Shown piece by piece: positions 19,021-28,662 of a stretch of DNA of 64,000 nt. Made by a program: the position numbers and the translations under genes. Positions within the stretch are counted from its first letter, which is position 1; each line of letters starts with the position of its first letter. Below the pieces are notes generated by a model. The model did not search any database and was not told where the DNA came from. It was given only the letters and a program-made list of their open reading frames with translations. This stretch comes from Patescibacteria group bacterium. Its GTDB lineage: Bacteria; Patescibacteriota; Minisyncoccia; UBA6257; 2-01-FULL-56-20. The stretch is taken from assembly GCA_018971305.1 (NCBI GenBank), contig JAGXBC010000002.1, forward strand, positions 144,046-208,045, in the 5' to 3' direction.

Positions 19021-19983
19021 TTATTGTATCTTTTGCTTTTTGGCTTTCAGCGAATCATCCACCAATTTTTCAACTTCGGCGGTAAATTGGTTCTGAGTGA
19101 TTTTGCCTTTAGATAGTCGGATTTCTAGTTCCCCAAATTTTTTCTTTATCTCGGCCGGACTTTCTCCCGCAGTCCCGAATTCTTCGGCTAGCATTTTATT
19201 TGCGGTATCTTTGAATTTTCTGTAGGTTCTAGAATTGTATTGCCCTTTAAGTTCTTCAAGTTTGCGTCCGATAACATTCTCTCTTTTTTCTTCTTTCAAT
19301 CTCTCTTTAGAGAAAAGCCTATGTTCTTTTGCGAGTTCCAGGAAATTACTTTGGTTTTCTTCGTCCGCGAGAGAGATAAGAATTTCTGTTTGTTTTGGTG
19401 TTAGTCCCAAACTGGAACCGAAACTGAGCAATTGGCCAATAATATAATTCCGCTCTCTACCGCTTATTTCTTGGACATAGGTATTGTCTTTGGATTCTAT
19501 GCGATATTTGGGTTCGTTCGTGAATCGCCACAAGTCAATAAAATTCTCATCGTCTTCGTTCTCTTTCTCCTGGACCTTGGATTTATGTTTGAATTCTGGT
19601 TCTAAATCCAGCTCAGGCGCGCCATCATTATTAGTATTGTCCTCTATTAATTTTTCTGCAAATGAAAAATCTCTGGAAATATTATCTCCCAGTTTTTTGA
19701 GCAGCGATTTCTCATATAATTGCGGCCTTAAATCGGCCAATTCTCTCAGAAATAATTCCTTAATTTTTTCTATCTGTTCCGGGGGCAGACCAAGCCGCTC
19801 GTTTTTGAAGAATCCCACCAGTTCGTCTATTTTCTCCCAGTAATACAGCCGGTCGATGTAATTACTGGTCGTATCTACGATTTTTCTATATGCCGCATCC
19901 TCCAGATATTTTTTAAGATTAAGATTGCGCATTTCCGGGTATACCTCCGGTGTGCTGGGAAACTGTTCTGTTTTATTGGACAT
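19021..19983 (-). CDS. Charged helical hypothetical protein
   Basis: 320-aa ORF, E/K-rich, no recognisable motif. Confidence 0.7.
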   Translation of the reverse strand: MSNKTEQFPSTPEVYPEMRNLNLKKYLEDAAYRKIVDTTSNYIDRLYYWEKIDELVGFFKNERLGLPPEQIEKIKELFLRELADLRPQLYEKSLLKKLGDNISRDFSFAEKLIEDNTNNDGAPELDLEPEFKHKSKVQEKENEDDENFIDLWRFTNEPKYRIESKDNTYVQEISGRERNYIIGQLLSFGSSLGLTPKQTEILISLADEENQSNFLELAKEHRLFSKERLKEEKRENVIGRKLEELKGQYNSRTYRKFKDTANKMLAEEFGTAGESPAEIKKKFGELEIRLSKGKITQNQFTAEVEKLVDDSLKAKKQKIQ

Positions 19984-20049
19984 AAAAACTCATTCTAATT
20001 CTTTACGCGCGAAATGCCAAATTTCCGGAGATAACCTGTTCTGTAAAAT

Positions 20050-20081
20050 AAAACAGCTCCGGTTTTAGCCGGAGCTGTTTT
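20050..20081. terminator. Intrinsic terminator of the RRM gene
   Basis: AAAACAGCTCCGG-TTTTAG-CCGGAGCTGTTTT. Confidence 0.85.
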
Positions 20082-20095
20082 CTCAAGAATAGCGA

Positions 20096-20422
20096 TTACC
20101 AGCGGTCTCTGTGACCACCTCCGAATCCACCGCCATTACCGCCACGGTCGTTGTCCCTGCGAGGAGGACGAGCCTCCATCGGCCGGGCTTCGTTCACCGT
20201 AAGCGAGCGTCCGCCGAAGTCTTTGCCATTCCACATTTCGATAGCCTTGTCAGCTTCTTCATCGGAAGACATTTCAACGAAACCGAATCCTTTGGAACGA
20301 CCAGAGAATTTATCTATGATTATCGTTGCTGAGGTAACGGTTCCGGCTTTGGCGAAAGCGTCCTGCAATTCCTCCTGAGTGGTGGTATAAGGCAGTCCGC
20401 CAACGTATAATTTCTTAGCCAT
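20096..20422 (-). CDS. RRM RNA-binding protein, Gly-rich tail
   Basis: RNP2 LYVGGL, RNP1 KGFGFVEM, VNEARP. Confidence 0.96.
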   Translation of the reverse strand: MAKKLYVGGLPYTTTQEELQDAFAKAGTVTSATIIIDKFSGRSKGFGFVEMSSDEEADKAIEMWNGKDFGGRSLTVNEARPMEARPPRRDNDRGGNGGGFGGGHRDRW

Positions 20423-20639
20423 GTTTAATTAATAATAATAAAATTAGCTTCCAGTTCTTAGCTTGGAACTTTTAGTAAATTACCTAAAAATCTTTATGTG
20501 CTAGTACTTAAAAACTATTTTGTGTAAGGCGACCAACTTCTCCCTCTGCCTCCCTCTGCGAGCCACCGCGCGTTTTTTCGCGTTTGGTCTGCTTTAGTCC
20601 GCTTATGTGAGAACACTTACAAGCAACTCTATTATAGCA
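20423..20639 (-). promoter_or_regulatory. Extended -10 promoter and about 200-nt structured 5' leader of the RRM gene
   Basis: TGCTATAAT on minus strand at 20631-20639; nested complements TGTAAG/CTTACA and GACCAA/TTGGTC. Confidence 0.55.
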
Positions 20640-20847
20640 CCTATCGTCGGAGAACGCAAGGGGACGAGGTTGTTTGCAATAAAAAGGGCATATCTCTATA
20701 GGGGCTATAAGATTAAACAAATTTTTATTTTAATCATTAGCCAAATTATATCAGTTCCCGATTGCTTTTATCGGCGGCTTGGTGTATCATTCAATTGAAA
20801 TTTGCGGGTTCAAACCCTCTTCGGTGAGGGATTTTATTTCTATGGAT

Positions 20848-20964
20848 CCCGTTAGATATTAAGCATCTGCGGGACAAGTAGATTGTAAATACAAGAAAGA
20901 TAATATTATTCAGAATAAATTAACTAATATTACGGAAACGTAAACGTTTCCTATCTCTAACGGG
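20848..20964. mobile_element. 117-bp MITE-like element with terminal inverted repeats and target-site duplication
   Basis: TIR CCCGTTAGA...TCTAACGGG; flanking direct repeat ATGGAT at 20842-20847 and 20965-20970. Confidence 0.8.
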
Positions 20965-22791
20965 ATGGATATAAGAAACATTGCAATTATAGCTCACGTT
21001 GACCACGGCAAAACCACGCTCGTGGATGCTTTGCTGAGGCAGTCGTTGAATTTTAGGCCGAGTGTTGATGCGCCGAAGGAACTGATTATGGATTCCAACG
21101 AACTGGAGCGCGAACGGGGGATCACTATTTTTTCCAAGAACGCGGCCGTGACCTATAAAGACGTGAAAATAAATATCGTGGACACTCCCGGCCACGCTGA
21201 TTTTGGCGGCGAGGTGGAACGGATAATGCGCATGGTGGACGGCGTGCTTTTGCTTGTGGACGCGAAAGAAGGTCCTATGCCACAGACGAAGTTTGTCTTA
21301 AGGAAGGCGATACAGGCCGGGCATAAGGTAATAGTCGTTATAAGTAAGATGGATAAGCCGGACGCGCGCCCGGAGTGGACCTTAAACGCGATTTACGATC
21401 TTTTCTTTGAGCTTGGCGCTAGCGAAGCTCAAATTGAATTCCCTGTTGTCTACACGGCGGCATCTTTAGGCAAGGCCGGATTTACTAAAAATTTGAACGA
21501 GATGCAGAACATCGAACCAATCTTTGAAACTATAATTAAATATATCCCCGCCCCAGTTGTGGACATGGAAAAGCCCTTGCAGATGCTTACGGTAAATCTC
21601 GCTTATGATAACTACAAGGGGAAGGTAGCAGTCGGCCGGCTTTATTCGGGAACCATGAAAAAGGGTATGAATGTTGCGCATATTAATCGTTCGGGAGAAA
21701 TAAAACACACCCCCCTAAGCTCTGTCATGGTTTTTGATGGTCTTGGCCGTGTTGACGTAGTTGAGGCTTTTGCGGGAGACATCGTCGCGGTGGCCGGTAT
21801 TCCCGATATCACGATAGGAGAAACCATTGCCGACGCCGAGCATCCGGTGGCGTTGCCTACGATTACCATAGATGAGCCGACGATAAAGATGACCTTCGGT
21901 GTCAACACATCTCCCTTTAAGGGCAAGGAGGGGAAATTTACTACTTCCAGAAATCTCAAGGAGCGTTTGGAGCACGAACTGGAAACTGACGTAGCGCTTT
22001 CCGTGGTGCCAACAGAGACTACCGATCGCTGGGTGGTTGCTGGCCGCGGCGAACTACACCTTTCGATTTTAATAGAAAAAATGCGCCGCGAGGGATACGA
22101 GCTGGAAGTTTCCCGCCCGCAGGTAATTTTCAAAGAAAAAGACGGCAAAAAATTGGAACCGATGGAGCTTGTGTCCGTGGAAACTCCGGAACAATATTCC
22201 GGTGCAGTTATCGAGATGATGGGCAAGCGTCTCGGGATTATGAAAGATATGCGCGTTGATAAACAAAACGTTTCCATGGATTTTGCGATTCCTACAAGAG
22301 GTCTCATCGGCGCGCGCGATAAGTTTTTGACGGCAACAAAAGGCACGGGCGTTATGAACAGTATTTTCCTCGGCTACGAGGAATATAAGGGAGAGATAAG
22401 CTCCATGCAGCACGGTTCTATAGTCGCGAGCGAGGCCGGAACTACCAACAATTACGGTTTAGTTACTGCTCAGGGACGCGGCACTTTGTTTCTTGGTCCC
22501 GGAGTGCCGGTTTATGCCGGAATGGTTGTGGGTAAGAACGCCAAAGCGGGGGACATGATCGTCCACGTTTGCCGTACACGGGCGCTTACAAACTTCCGCG
22601 CCAAAAACGAAGGATTGGGCGACCAGCTGGAGACGCCGCTTAATTTATCTCTGGAAGATTCATTGGACTATATCGGCGACGATGAACTTGTTGAGATAAC
22701 TCCTAAGAGTATTAGGATAAGAAAATTGTATCTTACGGAAAACGAGCGCAAGCGCGCCAGCTCCAGCGCCTTCAAAGAAAAGACCGGTTAA
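20965..22791 (+). CDS. typA: Translational GTPase TypA/BipA
   Basis: [48 protein letters not shown]. Confidence 0.98.
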   Translation: MDIRNIAIIAHVDHGKTTLVDALLRQSLNFRPSVDAPKELIMDSNELERERGITIFSKNAAVTYKDVKINIVDTPGHADFGGEVERIMRMVDGVLLLVDAKEGPMPQTKFVLRKAIQAGHKVIVVISKMDKPDARPEWTLNAIYDLFFELGASEAQIEFPVVYTAASLGKAGFTKNLNEMQNIEPIFETIIKYIPAPVVDMEKPLQMLTVNLAYDNYKGKVAVGRLYSGTMKKGMNVAHINRSGEIKHTPLSSVMVFDGLGRVDVVEAFAGDIVAVAGIPDITIGETIADAEHPVALPTITIDEPTIKMTFGVNTSPFKGKEGKFTTSRNLKERLEHELETDVALSVVPTETTDRWVVAGRGELHLSILIEKMRREGYELEVSRPQVIFKEKDGKKLEPMELVSVETPEQYSGAVIEMMGKRLGIMKDMRVDKQNVSMDFAIPTRGLIGARDKFLTATKGTGVMNSIFLGYEEYKGEISSMQHGSIVASEAGTTNNYGLVTAQGRGTLFLGPGVPVYAGMVVGKNAKAGDMIVHVCRTRALTNFRAKNEGLGDQLETPLNLSLEDSLDYIGDDELVEITPKSIRIRKLYLTENERKRASSSAFKEKTG

Positions 22792-22837
22792 CATAACTTA
22801 TTTTTCGGCGGGGAGTATTAGGGTTATACTTTTAGAT

Positions 22838-23215
22838 ATGGAAGGCGATATACCGAATATAATGCTTTGTCCTCAATGCCATCAGCTCGTAAAGCCGGAA
22901 TTTTATTTTTGCCCTAACTGCGGGGAAAACCTGCGCAAGACTCCGCTTTCCACTTCGGTTGGTACGCAGATATGGATGTATTTTCTTAGTATTATCATGC
23001 CCTGGGTAGCGTTTATTTTTATCGGCTACTGGCACGGTTTGAAATATCTGCGCTCGCAGGATACGAAAACAAAACAGATCGGCTTGATTGCCACGATAAT
23101 TCTTGTTGCCTCTACGCTTTTCGCTATTTGGATTTCCATTGTTTGGGTGCAGAACATATTACAAACAACGATGAGCGACCTGAATGGGGTGGGTAGTGGA
23201 CTCGGCGGTTTTTGA
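22838..23215 (+). CDS. Zinc-ribbon membrane protein
   Basis: CPQC...FCPNCG plus two TM helices. Confidence 0.8.
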   Translation: MEGDIPNIMLCPQCHQLVKPEFYFCPNCGENLRKTPLSTSVGTQIWMYFLSIIMPWVAFIFIGYWHGLKYLRSQDTKTKQIGLIATIILVASTLFAIWISIVWVQNILQTTMSDLNGVGSGLGGF

Positions 23216-23333
23216 TTTGAAAGTAAAATATCTTTTTGTTATCCTATACTGGACATTCCGCGGTATGGTTTTCAGCCAGCCGGAACGAGAAATAGCGATA
23301 ACGAGAAAAATTGAAAACTAAAAACGCTCAAGC

Positions 23334-23694
23334 TCCGCGGTAGCTCAACGGTAGAGCGGCTCCCTGTCAACAAGCATTCGATAGGGCTCAGTATTGATAC
23401 TGAGCGATAGTCGAAGTATCAAAAGGCAGCCATGCGTAGTAATGCACATAGGAAAAATCGGGCTAATTCGGGGAACCCCTTTATGAAATTAAAGGGCAAT
23501 CCCGAGCTAAATTCCGAAACGAAGTTTAGGACTTGTCCTCGGCTTCGCTGAAGGATAAACGTGTAGAGACTATATACCCGAATCCCAAAACGCCTGCCTG
23601 CCGGCAGGCAGGGGATATGAGATAGTCCAGCCCTTTCGGTAACGGAAGGAAAACTGTAAGGAGAAGGTTCCTGGTTCGAATCCAGGCCGCGGAG
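23334..23694 (+). tRNA. tRNA-Asn(GTT) interrupted by a group I intron (exons 23334-23367 and 23657-23694)
   Basis: Acceptor TCCGCGG/CCGCGGA, D arm GCTC/GAGC, T arm CCTGG-TTCGAAT-CCAGG; joined anticodon loop CTGT|TAA. Confidence 0.92.
23368..23656 (+). ncRNA. Group I self-splicing intron, 289 nt, no homing endonuclease
   Basis: P AATTCGGGGAAC, Q AATCCCGAGC, R GTAGAGACTATA, S GAGATAGTCC, P9 hairpin; 5' exon ends in U, intron ends in G. Confidence 0.9.
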
Positions 23695-23788
23695 CTTGGG
23701 TGTTTTTCTTAGATAAATCAAAGACAGATAATTCTTTGTTAGTCATGATCGGGTTGTAACCAGCATGGTAAGATGATGATATGATAAT

Positions 23789-24370
23789 ATGATAATCTTG
23801 TTTGGATATGTTTCGGCAGTTTGTATAATCTCTTCGTTCGTTCCGTATTTTGTGACCTTGTTTAAGGGGGCAACAAAACCGGAAAGAACTTCTTGGTTTC
23901 TTTGGGCATTACTTGGCGGGATAAGTTTCTTTTCTCAACTATCAAAGGGAGCAACACATTCATTATGGTTGCCCGGGATTCAAGCCTTGGGAGATTTTTT
24001 GGTCTTTATCCTTGCAATAAAATACGGCATCGGTGGGTGGAAAAAAAGGGATAAAGTTTCTCTGGTTATTGCGATGTTGAGTTTGGTTGTTTGGTATGTG
24101 ACAGGGCAGTCAGCCGTTGCACTATTTGCGGCTATTATAATTGATGCAAATGGTGTTGTTTTGACGATGATAAAGTCATATGAACTTCCCTCCACCGAGC
24201 CAATTAGCTCTTGGACCCTAACTGGGCTGAGCGGTTTCTTCGCAATATTTGCCGTTGGGCAAATAGATTGGATACTTTTGGCATTTCCGGTTTACACTTT
24301 TGTCGCTAATGTTGGAATTGTTTTATCTATTATCTTTGGGAAAAGAAATTCTAACCTGCGTTCTATATAG
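23789..24370 (+). CDS. Multi-pass membrane protein with PQ-loop-like internal duplication
   Basis: About 7 TM; KGATKPERTSW and SYELPSTEPISSW repeats. Confidence 0.7.
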   Translation: MIILFGYVSAVCIISSFVPYFVTLFKGATKPERTSWFLWALLGGISFFSQLSKGATHSLWLPGIQALGDFLVFILAIKYGIGGWKKRDKVSLVIAMLSLVVWYVTGQSAVALFAAIIIDANGVVLTMIKSYELPSTEPISSWTLTGLSGFFAIFAVGQIDWILLAFPVYTFVANVGIVLSIIFGKRNSNLRSI

Positions 24371-24431
24371 ATCAAATCTCTGGTTCTGAATTTGTCGAGA
24401 TTTGGGAGCAATATTGTTAAAGTATATTAAT

Positions 24432-25235
24432 ATGGACGACAGAAAGCTTTTTAGTGGAACAGCTTCTTATTATGCCAAATACAGATTGGGATACCCCCAA
24501 TCATTTTTCAAGCATATCATTAAGTCATTTAATCTCGATAAAACATCGCGAGTTCTAGATTTAGGAACAGGAACCGGTCAGATAGCGATTGCTATTGCGC
24601 CATATGTAAAAGAAGTGGTTGCCATTGACCCCGACAAAGAGATGCTTAATGAGGGAGAACGGAAAGCCCGGGAGGACAATATTGAAAATATAACCTGGAT
24701 TAAATCGAGGGCCGAAGATGTCTCTAAAGACTTGGGTTTTTTCAGTTTAACTACGATTGGAACTGCATTTCACTGGATGGAAAATCAAAAGGTAGTTGAT
24801 ATTGTGTACGACGTTACTATAAAAGGCGGAGGCATTGCCATAGTATCCAATATTTCTCCTCTTACAGGAACGGAATCAATCCAAAAAGACGAACCATGGG
24901 TTTCAACGATTTGGGACACGATAAGGGAATTTCTGGGAGAGCGAAGGCGCGCCGGCAATTCTTATTATCAAGTATCCGGAGAAAGGTTCGAAGATATTTT
25001 AACTAGCTCGAAATTCTCTCGCTTTCAGACGTGGAATGATACTTATACCAACACAAGGAATATTGAGAACATCGTCGCATTCCTCGGTTCGACTTCCTTT
25101 GCTGCCAGAAGACTCTTCGGCAATCGTATCAATGAATTTGAAAAAATATTGACCGAACGGCTTTTAGAGATTAACCCCGCCGGCAATTTTAAGGAAGTAG
25201 TTGCGGTGGAAGCATTGTTGGCTTGGAAAGATTAA
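24432..25235 (+). CDS. Class I SAM-dependent methyltransferase
   Basis: YAKYRLGYP, VLDLGTGTG motif I, AFHWM. Confidence 0.92.
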   Translation: MDDRKLFSGTASYYAKYRLGYPQSFFKHIIKSFNLDKTSRVLDLGTGTGQIAIAIAPYVKEVVAIDPDKEMLNEGERKAREDNIENITWIKSRAEDVSKDLGFFSLTTIGTAFHWMENQKVVDIVYDVTIKGGGIAIVSNISPLTGTESIQKDEPWVSTIWDTIREFLGERRRAGNSYYQVSGERFEDILTSSKFSRFQTWNDTYTNTRNIENIVAFLGSTSFAARRLFGNRINEFEKILTERLLEINPAGNFKEVVAVEALLAWKD

Positions 25236-25361
25236 CGCTAAGAATATTAGATATTTCTTGCCGCGTGATTTAAGCTGAAAAAATATTAATTCATATATCT
25301 ATAAAAATAAAATAACCCGGTCTTCCCGAGCCATTTTATTTTCCAAGAACACGCTGCAGCC

Positions 25362-25850
25362 TTACTCGTTCGTATCTGCCGATGGTCCATAAATAACAGG
25401 AACCTTGCCGCCCATCGGTCGGATGTAGGTTGAAAGCTGTCCGCGGTGGTGGATAAGGTCCAAGAGAAATCCGATGGCGAATTTCCCCTTGGTCGTTTTC
25501 CAGGCCTCCTTGCCGTCCATAATCATCTTGGCTTCGGATGACCAGTCGCTATCCGCCATGGTGCTCGCGATTGCTTGCGCATCGCCAAGGCCGGATTTCA
25601 TTTCGTCCGACAATCCTGCGAAGGTTGTCGCGGATGCCGCCGGGGCGGTGCCGAAATCGAGAGCACCGGTTTTTAAGAAAACCGAGAACATTTTCGCTTC
25701 GCTCGCAATAACTCCGGCGAGCTCCATTGCCGTACGGGCCTTGGGATCCGGTCTATAATCGGATTTATCTTGCGGCAGGGCTTTAAAAATTTTTTCAAAC
25801 CGGGGAATCTCGTCGGCAACCGTGGCTACAAATAATTCTTTATCTGTCAT
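25362..25850 (-). CDS. DinB/YfiT family protein
   Basis: YRPDPKART, IHHRGQLSTYIR, VPVIYGPSAD. Confidence 0.9.
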   Translation of the reverse strand: MTDKELFVATVADEIPRFEKIFKALPQDKSDYRPDPKARTAMELAGVIASEAKMFSVFLKTGALDFGTAPAASATTFAGLSDEMKSGLGDAQAIASTMADSDWSSEAKMIMDGKEAWKTTKGKFAIGFLLDLIHHRGQLSTYIRPMGGKVPVIYGPSADTNE

Positions 25851-25878
25851 ATTTTTTAAACTGTTAGTTTAATGTCAG

Positions 25879-25886
25879 CGACCTTT
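25879..25886 (-). promoter_or_regulatory. AAAGGTCG 5'-leader motif (copy 1)
   Basis: 28 nt upstream of ATG 25850; same motif at 32111 and 63453. Confidence 0.6.
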
Positions 25887-26037
25887 CGGACTTATATTCT
25901 AACATTTATTATTGACCCTTGAAATTGGTCATATCGCCCCTTTAAACAAGGGATATTTTAATTCGGCGATGCCTTTGCCGTATTTCCAAAAGTTAGTCCA
26001 CAGGGTAGCTATGGTCGTTTATTGTATAATTAAATGC

Positions 26038-26292
26038 ATGAATATCCCACAAGATTTCGTTTCGCAGGAGTCGAGAGGGTTTAAATTTAAAATCGGTCGT
26101 TATATCGCCTCATCCCTTTCCGGGTTTGTTGCCGGAGTAATAGCGGCGAGCATTATTTGGTTTGGGGTTCTTTGGGTTACAAATTTGTACGGTAATTTAG
26201 GACCAAATAATACCTCATGGTTCGGTTTAAGAAATACTGTATGTGCAACAAAAGCTGCTCCACTCGCACCCGCTGCCGCATCAACGAAATAA
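26038..26292 (+). CDS. Small single-TM hypothetical protein
   Basis: GRYIASSLSGFVAGVIAA TM; TATAAT 7 nt upstream of ATG. Confidence 0.65.
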   Translation: MNIPQDFVSQESRGFKFKIGRYIASSLSGFVAGVIAASIIWFGVLWVTNLYGNLGPNNTSWFGLRNTVCATKAAPLAPAAASTK

Positions 26293-26449
26293 TTTATAAA
26301 ATCGATTATCGCCTACTTGGGAAAAGATTGGCCCACCGGGAATAGATAACCCAAATCCGATCTGATTGCAGCCGTCCTATCGGGCGGCTTTTGATTTAAG
26401 CATTGAAGATGTATTGCCACGATGTCCGCTGGAACTGTATAATATTGAT

Positions 26450-27205
26450 ATGAAACTTATAAAGAAACTCATTCCGTTCCTTATAATATTTTCTACCGTT
26501 TTTTATTTTATTAGATCAAGCGACGAATACAATATTCGTGTTCTTGTCGCAAACAATGACGGAGTGCCATGGCTCTATGCCGTTGTCGGTACAATTTTCG
26601 GTGTTCTAGCAGCTTTCGCTATCCAAAAAGAATGGGTAAAATGGGACGCGTTGACCGAAGCTGTGCGCGGCGAAGTAGACGGGCTTGAAAAGATGTATCT
26701 TTGGTCAAGCCACTTCCCGATAAAGATCAAAGATAAGATACACAGACATATCAAGACCTATTTGGATCTTGTAATCCGTGAAGGGTGGGATCGTAACAAG
26801 GAAGGGGAAAGGAGCCAGGAGGTTGATGACGTTATGGAGGGTTTGAATATGAGTATTTATGAAATTTTCGATGAGGCTCCGCAACTTGTTCCGACATCAT
26901 TCGCGCTATTCTCAAATATTCTTGGACACCGTTCGTCGCGCTTGGAATACAGCCGCGAGCACATCCCGCCTCTTTTAAAAAACACCCTTCAGTTTTCTGC
27001 CTTTCTCCTTATCGGTCTTTCTATGTTTATCGCCATCAAAGATTTTTGGCTGGCGTTTTTGTTTACGGCGAGTATCGCGAGCCTTGCCTTCTCTATTTTC
27101 TTGGTATTAGTTGACCTTGAGAATCCATTAATGCCCGGTGATTGGCATATTACCACCAAGGACTACGAAGCCTTACTTAAAAAAATCACAACCATTCACT
27201 CGTGA
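26450..27205 (+). CDS. Bestrophin-like (DUF4239-type) membrane protein
   Basis: VVGTIFGVLAAF...W...E and LVDLENPL-x-G pattern. Confidence 0.75.
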   Translation: MKLIKKLIPFLIIFSTVFYFIRSSDEYNIRVLVANNDGVPWLYAVVGTIFGVLAAFAIQKEWVKWDALTEAVRGEVDGLEKMYLWSSHFPIKIKDKIHRHIKTYLDLVIREGWDRNKEGERSQEVDDVMEGLNMSIYEIFDEAPQLVPTSFALFSNILGHRSSRLEYSREHIPPLLKNTLQFSAFLLIGLSMFIAIKDFWLAFLFTASIASLAFSIFLVLVDLENPLMPGDWHITTKDYEALLKKITTIHS

Positions 27206-27377
27206 GGGATATTTGCCGTCGTTGCAAGCGTGATTTGCCGAAACGATCAAATAAATATGTCACAAGTTTTTTTACCTGACTACAGAAACAAGCGGGGAAG
27301 CAATGGTTGTCCCGGATTTTTTATTACAACTTCTGAATAAGAAAAAAATTGGGCGGAGGTTTTTGACCCCGCCCCTT

Positions 27378-27920
27378 TTATTGGCAACAGATGTCGATCG
27401 ACAATTCTTCTAATGGATTCACGCGCAAGACAGAATCGAATATATTCTCTTTCTCTATCTCCTGCGCGTGAAAATTTCTATAGTGATCCAAGTAGGAATT
27501 CATTCTTTCTTGCAGGTGCATTCCTTCCCATCGTTCTTGGAAATCAATTTGTCCCCGCTGGACGCACCATTTAAGACATACTTCCTCCGGAGTAACGAAA
27601 TACCAGGATTCAATTATGGTTGCTCCTAGTCCTCTGAGATTTTCCGCAATTTCTTGGCGTGCGCGTTTTGATCCGTTCCAGGCATCTAAAATTATGGTTA
27701 TAGGGTCATTAGAAAGGTGACTCTCTACCATTGTCCACAACCTTTCCCATCCTTTCTCATGGCCTCCAGAATGAGGGTAGAGCCAGGTATTTCCGAAGAG
27801 TTCCACAAGAATAGCATCCCGGTTTACCAGGGCAAAATCATTGCGAGCGGAAATAATTTTGTTACAAAAGGTTGATTTCCCTGCATATTGCGGGCCAACC
27901 GTTACCACAACACGCTTCAT
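27378..27920 (-). CDS. P-loop kinase (AAA_33/polynucleotide-kinase-like)
   Basis: GPQYAGKST, VNRD, IILDAWN...R; SD GGGGGTG. Confidence 0.85.
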   Translation of the reverse strand: MKRVVVTVGPQYAGKSTFCNKIISARNDFALVNRDAILVELFGNTWLYPHSGGHEKGWERLWTMVESHLSNDPITIILDAWNGSKRARQEIAENLRGLGATIIESWYFVTPEEVCLKWCVQRGQIDFQERWEGMHLQERMNSYLDHYRNFHAQEIEKENIFDSVLRVNPLEELSIDICCQ

Positions 27921-28054
27921 CTGTCACCCCCTATGTTTATTTTCTGTTATTGAAAATACAATTATGCGAAGCATTATGTCAAGTTGGTATCCCGAGACCC
28001 ACCTGAAAATCATAGCCACTTTATGCAATCATAGGACTACCCTATAATGAACTC

Positions 28055-28591
28055 ATGTATCTTTGGTTTTTAATAATCGGCACATTCATTCCTCAGGAGT
28101 TTTTATCTACCGGAGCTGTTCTGCTTTTGGCTCGGCAGACAAATTTTCCTATAATTTTTATCCACCTTATTTGGTTCGGAGCAACATTTATAGATATGTA
28201 TGTAGGTTATATTTTGGGGAATCTCTTGCGTAACAGCATGTCTCATACGGCTCTTGTCGAGCGCGTGAATAAATGGTCGGAGGCGTTAAAGTCCAGACTC
28301 GGTGAGCACGGGGAGAAATTGTCGTTGTTTATTCTGGGATTCATGAACTTCCCTTACTTGAACACCTTTCTTGCTTCTTGGCTTAAAATACCCATGACAA
28401 CAGCATTCGCTTTTACCTTCCTGGGAAATTTTTTATGGTACGTAATTCTTTGGGCCACGGTGTTCGGAGCGGCTGTTCTGGTTCCAAGTCAAAGGATGGT
28501 TTTATTTATAGTAATTATAGCCGGCGTGGTATCCAGTTTTTTCTTTAAATTTTTTTCCCGCTATTTCCGAAAAAAGAGGGCTAAAAAATAA
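28055..28591 (+). CDS. DedA-like membrane protein
   Basis: IPQE, D-x-x-x-GY-x-LG, F-x-x-x-x-x-LGNFLW pattern. Confidence 0.65.
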   Translation: MYLWFLIIGTFIPQEFLSTGAVLLLARQTNFPIIFIHLIWFGATFIDMYVGYILGNLLRNSMSHTALVERVNKWSEALKSRLGEHGEKLSLFILGFMNFPYLNTFLASWLKIPMTTAFAFTFLGNFLWYVILWATVFGAAVLVPSQRMVLFIVIIAGVVSSFFFKFFSRYFRKKRAKK

Positions 28592-28662
28592 TACGAGGTT
28601 TCTATCAATTAATATAGGCGATTTGAATCTTTCCTAGCTATTGATAAGATTAAGTTAATCCT

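Noticed and set aside
20508..20798. Short ORFs 20508-20720 and 20607-20798
   Set aside because: Overlap the RRM promoter and leader; no start signals or protein-like features
23256..23286. TCCGCGGTA copy of the tRNA-Asn 5' end in a small hairpin
   Set aside because: Only 9 bp and no further tRNA structure; cannot be distinguished from chance
23651..23694. 3' exon reading as tRNA-Tyr (CTGTAA)
   Set aside because: The CTG belongs to the intron end; exon joining gives a 7-nt loop with GTT, and there is no long variable arm
23419..23721. 100-aa minus-strand ORF as an intron homing endonuclease
   Set aside because: Antisense to the tRNA and intron core; no LAGLIDADG, GIY-YIG or HNH motif
27206..27300. 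Possible c-di-GMP riboswitch (two GGCAAA on the minus strand)
   Set aside because: No convincing P1/P2 stems or tetraloop-receptor, and no suitably placed downstream gene
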